From the IMG/VR virus record IMGVR_UViG_3300036770_004723, positions 222,585-286,584 of that record: a DNA stretch of 64,000 nt; one strand, 5' to 3'. A program made the position numbers and the translations under genes. The notes under the pieces were generated by a model. It was not told the DNA's origin and ran no database searches. It saw only the letters and a program-made list of their open reading frames with translations. This document shows positions 63,898 through 64,000 of this stretch, in pieces. Numbering within the stretch: the first letter of the stretch is position 1; every line of letters begins with the position of its first letter.

Positions 63898-63955
63898 ATT
63901 ATATCAAAAAATAGCAGGCTAGTAAACCATTGTTTTTGACACAGCTCGATCAGTT
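63898..63955 (-). promoter_or_regulatory. boxed sigma70-like early promoter
   Basis: AACTGATCGAGCTGTGTCAA-9-TTTACT-17-TATAAT. Confidence 0.85.
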
Positions 63956-64000
63956 GGCTTTAATCGCAAGTTTAAATGAAAAAAGGCTGGTCAATCTTTT

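Noticed and set aside
29718-63955. 20-bp boxes as CRISPR repeats or integron attC sites
   Set aside because: Copies are kilobases apart at irregular spacing with no spacer array or cas genes, and lack RYYYAAC/GTTRRRY paired ends. Fixed spacing to -35/-10 explains them as promoter parts.
1-64000. Stop-codon reassignment, tRNA genes, introns, retron or DGR
   Set aside because: Standard code gives dense, coupled ORFs using all three stops. No cloverleaf, reverse transcriptase or split conserved gene was recognised by eye; tRNAscan-SE and Infernal would be needed to exclude RNAs formally.

Overview
AT-rich, gene-dense segment of a large lytic (jumbo-type) dsDNA phage, probably infecting a Gammaproteobacterium (inferred from an SspB homolog with a ClpX-binding-type tail and sigma70-like promoters). 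Bases 1-4873 carry a short + strand block: the 3' end of a type IB topoisomerase/tyrosine-recombinase-fold gene, possible virion proteins and an ART-like gene. It ends at a bidirectional terminator. The remaining ~59 kb is a co-oriented - strand run of about 125 mostly small accessory genes. Recognisable products are two DNA methyltransferases, DHH, HAD and HD phosphoesterases, a dCMP-deaminase-like protein, GNATs, a radical SAM enzyme, a 2OG-Fe(II)-like oxygenase, a lytic transglycosylase, an HU-like protein, an SspB-like adaptor and several peptidase folds (BTLCP/LapG-like, C39-like, HslV/Ntn-like). The most striking non-coding signals are: (i) six rigidly spaced promoter cassettes, each a 20-bp conserved box (5 of 6 with GATC) -9 nt- -35 -17 nt- TATAAT; (ii) a recurring CTGTAAAT late-promoter-like motif, three times placed directly before a terminator hairpin; (iii) a family of 5'-UTR hairpins with a conserved ACAUU...AGUGU top; (iv) long-range inverted repeats enclosing one gene. 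Many paralog pairs and shuffled domains indicate modular evolution. No rRNA, tRNA, CRISPR array, reverse transcriptase or transposase was recognised. All product calls come from motifs read by eye; no database search was run.
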